Assembly (NCBI GenBank): GCA_046542845.1
Contig: JBKHAN010000011.1
Span: 2,537 to 66,536, forward strand
Reading direction: 5' to 3'
Length of the DNA: 64,000 nucleotides
From: Spirochaetaceae bacterium
GTDB lineage: Bacteria > Spirochaetota > Spirochaetia > DSM-27196 > SKKC01
The notes under the pieces are model-generated. The model was given only the letters and a program-made list of their open reading frames with translations. It made no database searches and was not told the DNA's origin. A program made the translations under genes and the position numbers. Below are positions 20,901 through 28,572 of this stretch, piece after piece; the stretch's first letter is position 1, and the number at the start of each line of letters is the position of its first letter.

Positions 20901-21013
20901 AGTGCCAGATACACGAGAACAGAGCGGGAAGTGCCGGGAGAGTTGAAAGCAGGTTCTGAAGCCACGGGCGTCACGAGCGGAAATATACCGCTTCTCCGAC
21001 CGCCGGGAAACAT
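17909..21013 (-). CDS. Hybrid sensor histidine kinase with a multi-pass membrane N-terminus, an extracytoplasmic segment and a degenerate C-terminal receiver
   Basis: Kinase motifs are the H-box SRFLANMSHDLRTPLNGILGY, the N box LTNLVSNAIKFT, and G boxes DTGVGIPE and GTGLGLAIVKRL. The receiver-like domain reads VLVIDNADSN...DLVILEVVMP...IEKPF, with Glu at the phospho-acceptor position (codon 18377..18379). Confidence 0.88.
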   Translation of the reverse strand: MFPGGRRSGIFPLVTPVASEPAFNSPGTSRSVLVYLALLAAGFAGNLFRFELFFNVDLIFGSIAALIIVYLYGLVPGVVAAAIIAIPTIFLWGHPYGLITFTLEAAFVGVILRARRGNVLLIDAVYWLTAGVVSNLLLYGLLLRLSPDSMWVVILKQGVNGVVNALVAGVAVSLIPVPGVLRSSARSGASVSIKDAMLYTITGFVVVPALFVFTIQSRVALDAIEREVQDRLVAIGNAVELSVNQHMKDVGNTLSAVARSWAEDDHNHESLSHLVRFGSDSLSDVASLRIADPQYRVHARYPAGDAVETNVLSAHDFDAVTATFDFEGLGVSSVVYDCNNAPSLSIAMPWGSGAATEAFVFGTLRLDTVHRQLTGISEPWGLDATIVGPGDRVLLSTDSNMVCNEPLSYMRFGHLVATDGDLMVHMPDHAIDSPALQRWSSSRYIFQRDLSSAAGWDLVLSAPLAPYQARLNRFLIQALTVVFALIFCTIVLSRLFGVAIVGSLALLSEATTGLPARILESKAAVSWPKTGIREAQVLINNFRDASDHIARSVRELQSINADLVTATQNADAANRAKSRFLANMSHDLRTPLNGILGYAQLLSRDENLAAEYREAVSIIEKSGERLLALLNDVLDFSRIEADRIERHDTAIDVDSLLSELTAMMRLTAEGKGIRLEQHLDPALPQIIVCDEQKLQQILTNLVSNAIKFTDSGEVRVSALRAADPGRITFEVSDTGVGIPEDELEAVFSPFIQGDKPRVDGEGTGLGLAIVKRLVEFLGGSVSVDSTVGTGTTISFDIPLQDYTGSAPGRSDAGASGMYADVTGYVGRTRSVLVIDNADSNRRLLTDLLVPLGFSVDATSNGREALEIARQRKPDLVILEVVMPVADGFEMFRSLQRDEALTNVPVIASSGSVANSFRQECIRAGFAGFIEKPFNRDSVLRTVSGALNLAYTRRPSQNGSEPQDRPPVVTPTGSETRDIARALRRGDIRGIVQAGEKLAHERPEYAPYCDLLTSLARSFKLQAIADLLPEDSFES

Positions 21014-21040
21014 GAATACAGCATGTTTAGCTGCACGGGG

Positions 21041-21805
21041 TCACCCCACGCGCGATTCAAGCCTCCCGGCGTACAATGTCATCGCCCCGTCGGCGGTCTC
21101 GACGACGAGTCCACCGCACGGGTCGACACCAATGACCCGCACCTCAAGCGCATTCGCGTCTGGTGTACGGAAGCGAAACCGAGCCCCTTTGCCGTACATG
21201 CATGCGGCAAACTCCTCCCTCACCCTCTCGGCATCCTCGTTGACATAGACAGCGATGCATGAAAGCAGCTCGGACAGCTCGTTATCGTAGCTGCCAAGCC
21301 CCTGTGCGCCAGCTTCGCGAAGGCTGACAGCGGCGTATCCCCGCGGCGACGCGAACACGTTGACCCCGATCCCGCAGAGAAGCACCCCGCCCCGCCACTC
21401 GCAAAGGACGCCCGCAAGCTTCGCCTCGCCGACAAGCACGTCATTCGGCCACTTCACGAGGGCATCCACACCGCGGGAGCGTGCGTAGGCCCGGACCGCC
21501 AGCCCGAAGCGTACAGCCGCGAACGGCCAGTCCGCGGGCCGCTTGAGCACGACCGTCATAAGGACTGCCTCGCCGCTGTCTGCGCTCCATTCCCGGCCAT
21601 GCGTACCTCGTCCGGTCTGCTGCCTGCCCGCAGCAACCACGAATCCGTGCTGTGACGAGGTCCGTGCCGGGAGGTGCAGCTCAGCAAGCAGCGAAGGATC
21701 ACGCACAACGTCCATGGTCGACGAGACCACAGGAAGATACACCACAGGGGCGTCTCCGAGCGGGTTATGCAGGGGAAGTATCCGGGCAGATCCGTAGATT
21801 TTCAT
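21041..21805 (-). CDS. birA: Biotin--[acetyl-CoA-carboxylase] ligase, class I (no HTH)
   Basis: QTGRGTHGREW is the biotinyl-AMP loop (GRGRxGRxW type), and KWPNDVL is present. Start moved to ATG 21805, with AAGGAGAAG upstream. Confidence 0.88.
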   Translation of the reverse strand: MKIYGSARILPLHNPLGDAPVVYLPVVSSTMDVVRDPSLLAELHLPARTSSQHGFVVAAGRQQTGRGTHGREWSADSGEAVLMTVVLKRPADWPFAAVRFGLAVRAYARSRGVDALVKWPNDVLVGEAKLAGVLCEWRGGVLLCGIGVNVFASPRGYAAVSLREAGAQGLGSYDNELSELLSCIAVYVNEDAERVREEFAACMYGKGARFRFRTPDANALEVRVIGVDPCGGLVVETADGAMTLYAGRLESRVG

Positions 21806-21854
21806 GACTTCTCCTTTGTGGGAGCGCAACAGTGCTTGCAAAAAAAACGAATGC

Positions 21855-21872
21855 ACTGTAATTTTATACAAT
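21855..21872. promoter_or_regulatory. Candidate ARG box (ArgR operator half-site) in the birA-argR intergenic region
   Basis: ACTGTAATTTTATACAAT matches consensus TNTGAATWWWWATTCANW at 12 of 16 specified positions by hand alignment. Its core is TGTA-N6-TACA. It ends 26 nt upstream of the argR ATG. Confidence 0.35.
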
Positions 21873-21897
21873 TATTACGGCACTTTATGCGCTTTTC

Positions 21898-22398
21898 ATG
21901 CATTCAGTCCGTCAGGCAGGTAGGACAGTGAGAGAACGCACACTGCGGCTCAAGGCCATTCGCCGACTCATAAAATCACACAGGATCGACAGTCAGGAGC
22001 GGCTCCTGCAGCACCTCGGACACGAAGGTTTCGTCGTGACCCAGGCCACCCTGTCGCGGGACCTGAAACTCCTCAAAGTCAGCAAGGTATCTGAGGGTAT
22101 CGAGGGATACTATTACACGCTGCCGAGCGAAGAGCAAGAACGCGAAGCTCAGCAGAATTACATACAGGATTTCATTCGCGGCTACGTCAGCATCGATTTC
22201 AGTGGCAATCTGTGTGTGATCAGGACTCTTACCGGGCATGCCGACAGTCTCGCGCTCGCGCTCGACTCGCTCGGCATAGAAGAGATCCTCGGCACCGTCG
22301 CAGGCGACGATACGGTTCTGGTGGTGCTGCGCGAACGCGTGGGAGCAGACGGTCTGATCGCCGCCATGCGCCAGCATATTCCCGATTTTGAAGAGTAG
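21898..22398 (+). CDS. argR: Arginine repressor
   Basis: The winged HTH reads SQERLLQHLGHEGFVVTQATLSRDLKLLKV, and the C-terminal motif is GTVAGDDTVLVV. GTG 21928 is an alternative start. Confidence 0.9.
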   Translation: MHSVRQAGRTVRERTLRLKAIRRLIKSHRIDSQERLLQHLGHEGFVVTQATLSRDLKLLKVSKVSEGIEGYYYTLPSEEQEREAQQNYIQDFIRGYVSIDFSGNLCVIRTLTGHADSLALALDSLGIEEILGTVAGDDTVLVVLRERVGADGLIAAMRQHIPDFEE

Positions 22399-22437
22399 CG
22401 CGACACAGCCTGCTCCCGATACACAGGGTTATCAATC

Positions 22438-23481
22438 ATGAAAGCAGCAATTCTCGGTTCCGGTGGTTACGTTGGTCTTGTACTTATAAGGCTGCTCGCA
22501 CAACACAAGGATATAGAGCACATTATTCCTGTATCGTCGTCGAAAGCCGGCGTGTCGATCGGCGATCACGACCCCGGTCTTGGTACAGCAGTGCGCCGGA
22601 AAACCGACATTACGGGTGGTAAACTCGCTACGCTCGAGCGCGCTGCCGAGCTCGAACCGGATGTCGTATTCGCCGCCCTGCCCCACCTGAAAAGCGCGGA
22701 TCTATGCGCGCCGTTCTTTGACTCGGCCGTGGTGATCGATCTGAGCGCAGATTTCCGGATACACGACGCGGAAGCGTTTACGAAGACGTACGGACAGGCG
22801 CCGCCCCGTCCGGACCTGCTTGCGGCTGCGTGTTTCGGACTGACAGAATGGAACCGGGCGGGAATACGCGAAGCACAGCTGATAGCGAACCCGGGTTGTT
22901 ACCCGACCTGCACCAGCCTGCCCGTCCTGCCGCTTCTGCACGCGGAGCTTATTGAGCCGCATCTATGGACAAACGCCCTCAGCGGCCTCTCCGGCGCGGG
23001 ACGAGCGGCCAAGCAGAACATGCTCTACGTTGAACGTACCGAGAACATGAACGCGTACAGCCCCGGGACGCAGCACCGGCACGTTACCGAAATGAAGCAG
23101 ATCTTCGCCGAGTTTGGAAACAGCGCAGTGTCCGAGTTGTTTTTTATTCCGCATATTGTTCCCGTGCGCCAGGGCATGTTCTGTGCCACGCGGGCGATAC
23201 TTCGCCCGGGCAGGACCGAAGCCGACATCCTCGACTGTCTCCACGAGCGCTACGACCGGGAGCCCTTCGTACAGGTACTCGGCACGCGCATTCCGGAGAC
23301 CCGCCACGTACGCGGCACCAACCGCTGCGATATCGGGATACACGTAGAAAACAGCTCGGTTGCGCTGTTCTCTGCCATCGATAACCTCTACAAAGGCGCA
23401 GCCGGTCAGGCGCTGCAGAATATGAACGTTCGCTTCGGCTTCGACGAAACCTGTGGCCTCACCGACCAGGGAGAGTTCTGA
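22438..23481 (+). CDS. argC: N-acetyl-gamma-glutamyl-phosphate reductase
   Basis: The IANPGCYPTC active-site Cys motif is present. Length is 347 aa, and the gene sits in the arg cluster. Confidence 0.93.
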   Translation: MKAAILGSGGYVGLVLIRLLAQHKDIEHIIPVSSSKAGVSIGDHDPGLGTAVRRKTDITGGKLATLERAAELEPDVVFAALPHLKSADLCAPFFDSAVVIDLSADFRIHDAEAFTKTYGQAPPRPDLLAAACFGLTEWNRAGIREAQLIANPGCYPTCTSLPVLPLLHAELIEPHLWTNALSGLSGAGRAAKQNMLYVERTENMNAYSPGTQHRHVTEMKQIFAEFGNSAVSELFFIPHIVPVRQGMFCATRAILRPGRTEADILDCLHERYDREPFVQVLGTRIPETRHVRGTNRCDIGIHVENSSVALFSAIDNLYKGAAGQALQNMNVRFGFDETCGLTDQGEF

Positions 23482-23482
23482 G

Positions 23483-24271
23483 GTGTCCGACATTATCGTG
23501 ATCAAACTCGGAGGCCTCGCCGCATCGGATGTGAACGCGCTTGGAGCGCTCGCAGGGGAAATCGCCGACGAGCGCGCGATACAGCCGGTAATTGTACACG
23601 GCGGCGGCGCCGCGGTCTCCACCTGGTCGCGACGTCTGGGAACCGAACCCCGCTTCGAGGACGGGATTCGCATGACCTCGGTCGAGGACATGGAGATCGT
23701 CGAAATGGTACTCGGCGGGTCGGTCAATACGCAGGTGGTCCGGACGTTCTGCGCGAACAACCACAAGGCGGTCGGACTGAGTCTCAGCGACTGTGCAATG
23801 GTGAAGGGAGTGGCGGTAAGCGATAGCGCAGCCAACAGGACGGCACGCCCGGGAGCCGCGCAGACCGAGATTCTGCGGTATCTCGTCGTCGGGGGATATA
23901 CCCCGGTCGTATGCTCGGTCGGAACAATGGAGGACGGGGGGCCGTGCAACATCAATGCCGATCAGGCGGCGCTCGCGATTGCTCGGTCGCTCAGCGCGAA
24001 ACAGCTTGTCTTCTTGTCTGATGTACCGGGCGTGCTGGTCGCAGAATCGATACAGTCCGACATGGACGAAAACGACATTGCCGGGGCTCTGGCTGGAGGT
24101 CACATATCGGGAGGCATGATTCCGAAGGTGCAAAGCGCGCTGCATGCAACCGCGCACGGGGTCGGCAGCGTCATTATAGGCCGGTACACAGAACAAGGAG
24201 ATTTCAAGCGTCTTCTCGCCGGAGCATCGGGAACCCGCATTCAAGCTGCACAGGCGAAAGCCGGGGAGTAA
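23483..24271 (+). CDS. argB: Acetylglutamate kinase
   Basis: IVIKLGG and VIVHGGG are present. Start set at GTG 23483 (GGGAGAG upstream), 1 nt after the argC stop. Confidence 0.9.
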   Translation: MSDIIVIKLGGLAASDVNALGALAGEIADERAIQPVIVHGGGAAVSTWSRRLGTEPRFEDGIRMTSVEDMEIVEMVLGGSVNTQVVRTFCANNHKAVGLSLSDCAMVKGVAVSDSAANRTARPGAAQTEILRYLVVGGYTPVVCSVGTMEDGGPCNINADQAALAIARSLSAKQLVFLSDVPGVLVAESIQSDMDENDIAGALAGGHISGGMIPKVQSALHATAHGVGSVIIGRYTEQGDFKRLLAGASGTRIQAAQAKAGE

Positions 24272-24273
24272 AC

Positions 24274-25533
24274 ATGGCAGAGCACATACACGAGGGCACC
24301 TACGACGGTGCGTACGTCACGGACACGAAAATCGCTCATTGTTACGCCGCACGAACGATGGTTCTCAAGAGCGGGCGCGGTGCGACGGTCCGTGACCGCG
24401 CCGGACGCCGCTACATTGATTTTACCGCGGGCATAGCCGTGAACATCCTCGGACACGGTCGCCGCGATCTTGCGCGTGTAGCGGCGCGCGAGATGCGTCG
24501 TCGGATACACGTCTCGAATCTGTTTGCGAGCACACCGACTCTTGAGCTTGCGGCGCGGCTGACCGCTTCGGGTCCGTTCGCCGCGTGTTTTTTTGGAAAC
24601 AGCGGGACCGAAGCCAACGAGGCAGCAATCAAGTTCGCGCGGCTGTACGCACACCGTACTCGAGGCGCGGGACACCACCAGATTGTTTCGTTTACGGATG
24701 GTTTTCACGGAAGGACCATGGGAGCGCTGTCCACCACGCACAAGGCTGCGTACCGGGAGCCCTTTGAACCGCTGATCGGCGGGATTCGCTACCTCCCCTT
24801 CAACGACGTCGCGGCGCTGGACGAGCTCGATGAGCGGACGGCGGGTGTGATCGTCGAGCCGATACAGGGTGAAGGCGGTCTGTCGGTCGTGAGTCAGGAG
24901 TTCGCGGCTGCGCTTAACGAAAAATGCCGCGAACACGACATTATCCTTGTTGCGGACGAGGTACAAAGCGGAATGGGGCGCACCGGACGCCTGTACGGCT
25001 CGAACTCGGTTGGACTCGCACCCGATATCGTTACGCTGTCCAAACCTCTCGCGGGGGGACTGCCGCTGTCCGCGACCTTGATACCGGAACGCGTCAACGC
25101 TCTGCTTTCTCCCGGCGACCATGGTTCGACTTTCGGAGGCAACCCCGTCGCGTGCGCGGTCGCGCTTCGGGTGTGGCACGAGCTGACGCGCGCCGGCTTT
25201 CTCGAGCGCGTCACCGAGGCGGGCGAGCAGATCGCCGAGCACCTGCAGGGTATGGCATCCCGGTCGGCCATCCTCGGAAGCCCCCGGGGTCTCGGCCTGC
25301 TTCGCGGAATACCCGTAGAGACAGACGGTGAGCCGGCGCCGGTTCTCCTCGGAAAGATCATGGAGCAGGCACGAATCAACCGCCTGCTTATTCTCAGAAG
25401 CGGGGTCAACATGATTCGTCTTGCGCCACCGCTTAATATTCGCGACCGCGAACTGAAAGAAGGACTCGCTCGTCTTGAACGGGCGGTACAACACGTTGAA
25501 TCAGATTACCAGAAGGAGACAGAGACAGTATGA
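24274..25533 (+). CDS. argD: Acetylornithine aminotransferase (class III)
   Basis: FTDGFHGRTMGALS, LVADEVQSGMGRTG and TLSKPLAGGLP (PLP lysine) are present. Confidence 0.92.
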   Translation: MAEHIHEGTYDGAYVTDTKIAHCYAARTMVLKSGRGATVRDRAGRRYIDFTAGIAVNILGHGRRDLARVAAREMRRRIHVSNLFASTPTLELAARLTASGPFAACFFGNSGTEANEAAIKFARLYAHRTRGAGHHQIVSFTDGFHGRTMGALSTTHKAAYREPFEPLIGGIRYLPFNDVAALDELDERTAGVIVEPIQGEGGLSVVSQEFAAALNEKCREHDIILVADEVQSGMGRTGRLYGSNSVGLAPDIVTLSKPLAGGLPLSATLIPERVNALLSPGDHGSTFGGNPVACAVALRVWHELTRAGFLERVTEAGEQIAEHLQGMASRSAILGSPRGLGLLRGIPVETDGEPAPVLLGKIMEQARINRLLILRSGVNMIRLAPPLNIRDRELKEGLARLERAVQHVESDYQKETETV

Positions 25534-26834
25534 GTGAACACACGGAACCGAAAACCGGCAAAAATGGACGCGAAATCCGCAAGATTGTCCTCGCCTACTC
25601 GGGCGGGCTCGATACCAGCATCATTATACCCTGGTTGAAAGAGCACTACCCCGGCGCGGAGGTCGTCTGTGTCTGCACGAACGTCGGCCAGGCCGAGGAC
25701 TGGGAGGGCATGGAGAAAAAGGCCATAGCGAGCGGCGCGAGCAAGCTGTATACGCTGGATGTGCAGGAAGAGTTCGTCGAAGACTACCTGTGGCCCATGC
25801 TGCGCGCCGGCGCGATTTATGAAGGGAAATATCTGCTCGGCACGAGCATTGCCCGCCCGCTCCAGGCAAAAAAACAGGTCGAGATTGCACTGAAGGAGAA
25901 TGCGGATGCAGTTGCCCACGGCTGCACCGGGAAAGGAAACGATCAGGTGCGCTTCGAGCTGACCTACAAAGCGCTTGCACCACACCTGGAGGTGATCGCT
26001 CCGTGGCGTCTCTGGCACATCCGCAGCCGGGAACAGGCCATAGACTACGCAAAAGAGCACGGCGTACCCATTGGCGACATAAGCAAGAAGAACATATACA
26101 GCCGCGACTGGAATGTCTGGCACATGAGCCACGAAGGCGGCGAGCTTGAGGACACCTGGGTCCGTCCCCTGGCGGAGATGTACCAGCTGACGACCGATCC
26201 GCGCAAGGCCCCCGACGAGGAGCAGGAGGTCGTGATCGATTTTGAGCACGGTTTGCCCGTTACCGTCGACGGCATCAGCATGAAACCCATAGAGATGCTG
26301 AACCACCTCAACGCGATAGGCGCACGCCACGGTGTCGGGCGCGCCGACCTGGTCGAGACGCGCCTGGTCGGCATGAAAAGTCGGGGCGTGTACGAGACAC
26401 CCGGCGGAACCATACTCTACACCGCCCTGCGTGAACTCGAAATGATTACCCTCGACTTCGATACACTCGCGATGAAAAACGAGCTCGCGCTCAAGTACGC
26501 CGACCTCGTGTACGCCGGTAAGTGGTTCACCCACTTCAGACACAGTATCGACGCGTATATGAAGACGGCCTCGGAATACGTAACAGGCAGTGTCCGCCTT
26601 GTTCTGTACAAGGGCAACGTGATGATCGGTGGACGCAAGAGCCCCTACAGCCTCTATCTCGAAGACCTCGCGAGCTTCGGCGAAAGCGCTTATGACCACT
26701 CCGATGCAACCGGATTCATCAATCTCTACGGACTTTCGACCGGTGTGGCCGCGATCGTTCACGACAAGAAGTTGAAGGCGGATGCCGGGCCGGCAGTGGA
26801 AATGCGAGCCATGGCAGGATTCAACGAAAAGTAA
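25530..26834 (+). CDS. argG: Argininosuccinate synthase
   Basis: AYSGGLDTS, GCTGKGNDQVRFE and SRDWNVWHMSHEGG are present. The ATG overlaps the argD stop (ATGA). Confidence 0.95.
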   Translation: MSEHTEPKTGKNGREIRKIVLAYSGGLDTSIIIPWLKEHYPGAEVVCVCTNVGQAEDWEGMEKKAIASGASKLYTLDVQEEFVEDYLWPMLRAGAIYEGKYLLGTSIARPLQAKKQVEIALKENADAVAHGCTGKGNDQVRFELTYKALAPHLEVIAPWRLWHIRSREQAIDYAKEHGVPIGDISKKNIYSRDWNVWHMSHEGGELEDTWVRPLAEMYQLTTDPRKAPDEEQEVVIDFEHGLPVTVDGISMKPIEMLNHLNAIGARHGVGRADLVETRLVGMKSRGVYETPGGTILYTALRELEMITLDFDTLAMKNELALKYADLVYAGKWFTHFRHSIDAYMKTASEYVTGSVRLVLYKGNVMIGGRKSPYSLYLEDLASFGESAYDHSDATGFINLYGLSTGVAAIVHDKKLKADAGPAVEMRAMAGFNEK

Positions 26835-26940
26835 TGCCATGCGTCCCATAGTCTCGGACCAATCGAGGCTATGGGCTTGACCTCGGGCGGGTCAGCCTTG
26901 CACTGTACAGTTTTGCATGCTTTTAAAACGGAGAGATACA

Positions 26941-28533
26941 GTGACTGACCCACGAACCGGAAAGAACCTCATCGAATGCGCCGCATTCGAACACCTGAAC
27001 AGAAACAAGCCCGCCGAAATCAGACAGGAGCTGACCGCCGAACGGGTTGCATCGTACGATGTCGACGCCGGGGGCGGTCTGCGCTTCAATTACGCCGCGT
27101 CTGCGGTAGACGATTCGGTCATGAGCGACCTCGAGGCGCTGTGCACCGAACAGAAGCTCCTCGAGCAGTACCAGACCCTGTACGAAGGCGGCATAATGAA
27201 CGTCGGTGAGGAGCGACTCGTGCTGCACCACCTGCTTCGAGGTCGACTCGGGTCATCGGTGTCGGTCGACGGCAGCGATATCGGCGCATTCTACCGCGAG
27301 CAGACCGAGCGGGTGGCAGCCTTCGCCCGGGCCGTACACGCGGGAGAAATCCTCGGCTCGACCGGCAAACAGTTCCGCACGGTTGTCCAGATCGGCATAG
27401 GCGGTTCCGACCTCGGACCTCGGGCGCTCGCCATAGCGCTGAGCGGGTACGCAGCCACCCGTCATGGCCACCCGAGGATGCACGCGGAGTTTATCAGCAA
27501 TGTCGACCCGGACGATGCAGCGTCGGTACTCCAGAATTTTGACCCGGAGACGACCCTCTTTGTCCTCGTGTCGAAAAGCGGGACCACCCAGGAAACCCTG
27601 TCAAACGAGCTGTTCGCGATTGAGCTCATGGAACGCTACGAAATTTCAGGACTCGCCCCGCGCAAGCACATGGTCGCGGTTACAAGCAGAACCAGCCCGC
27701 TCGCGCAATCATCCGAATACCTCGATGCTTTTTTCATAGATGACTACATAGGCGGTCGCTACTCCGGCACGAGTCCCGTTGGGGGCGTCATTTTAAGCCT
27801 TGCCTTCGGCCCTGAAATTTTTGAAGAGCTCCTCTCGGGTGCTCACGAAGCGGATTCTGCGGCAACGCGACCCTTCGCGGAAAATGCGGCCATGATCGAC
27901 GCGGCCATTGGCGTCTATAACCGGAATGTACTCGGTTTTCCGACCACCGCGGTGCTCCCCTACTCGAACGCGCTCATGCGCTTTCCGGCGCACCTGCAGC
28001 AGCTCGATATGGAGAGCAACGGAAAACGGGTCAACCGGCGCGGAGAGCCGCTCTCCTACGCGACCGGGCCCGTAGTCTTCGGGGAACCCGGGACGAACGG
28101 GCAGCACAGCTTTTATCAGCTTTTGCACCAGGGAACCGATATCGTACCGATGCAGTTCATAGGGTTCAGGGAAAGTCAGCGTAACGATGACATTACCGTC
28201 GACGGATCCACGAGCCAGACCAAACTGAACGCAAATCTCGCTGCCCAGATCGGTGCGTTTGCGTTCGGACAGGACCATGAGAATCAGAACAAGGCCTTTC
28301 CCGGAAACCGTCCTTCGAGTCTTCTCTACGGCAAACAGCTGACGCCGCGGGCGCTCGGGGCACTGCTGGCACACTACGAAAACAAGATCATGTTTCAGGG
28401 ATTTCTCTGGAACATCAACAGCTTCGATCAGGAAGGGGTTCAGCTCGGAAAGGTGCTTACGAAGAGCATACTCTCCGGCGATTCGCTGAACCCGGCGATG
28501 GAGGCCTACACGAAGCTTCTCGGCGTGCGGTAG
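26941..28533 (+). CDS. pgi: Glucose-6-phosphate isomerase
   Basis: GIGGSDLGP, VSKSGTTQET and GEPGTNGQHSFYQLLHQG are present. Start set at GTG 26941 (GGAGAG 5 nt upstream). The track start ATG 26917 has no SD. Confidence 0.92.
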   Translation: MTDPRTGKNLIECAAFEHLNRNKPAEIRQELTAERVASYDVDAGGGLRFNYAASAVDDSVMSDLEALCTEQKLLEQYQTLYEGGIMNVGEERLVLHHLLRGRLGSSVSVDGSDIGAFYREQTERVAAFARAVHAGEILGSTGKQFRTVVQIGIGGSDLGPRALAIALSGYAATRHGHPRMHAEFISNVDPDDAASVLQNFDPETTLFVLVSKSGTTQETLSNELFAIELMERYEISGLAPRKHMVAVTSRTSPLAQSSEYLDAFFIDDYIGGRYSGTSPVGGVILSLAFGPEIFEELLSGAHEADSAATRPFAENAAMIDAAIGVYNRNVLGFPTTAVLPYSNALMRFPAHLQQLDMESNGKRVNRRGEPLSYATGPVVFGEPGTNGQHSFYQLLHQGTDIVPMQFIGFRESQRNDDITVDGSTSQTKLNANLAAQIGAFAFGQDHENQNKAFPGNRPSSLLYGKQLTPRALGALLAHYENKIMFQGFLWNINSFDQEGVQLGKVLTKSILSGDSLNPAMEAYTKLLGVR

Positions 28534-28572
28534 GGCCCGGCGCGGAGCCGGCTGCGGGCCGGCTTCGCCGCG

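Noticed and set aside
22963-26849. Minus-strand ORFs of 330, 261, 417 and 447 aa across the arg cluster.
   Set aside because: They are antisense to argC, argB, argD and argG, all of which have unambiguous motifs. They are shadow ORFs.
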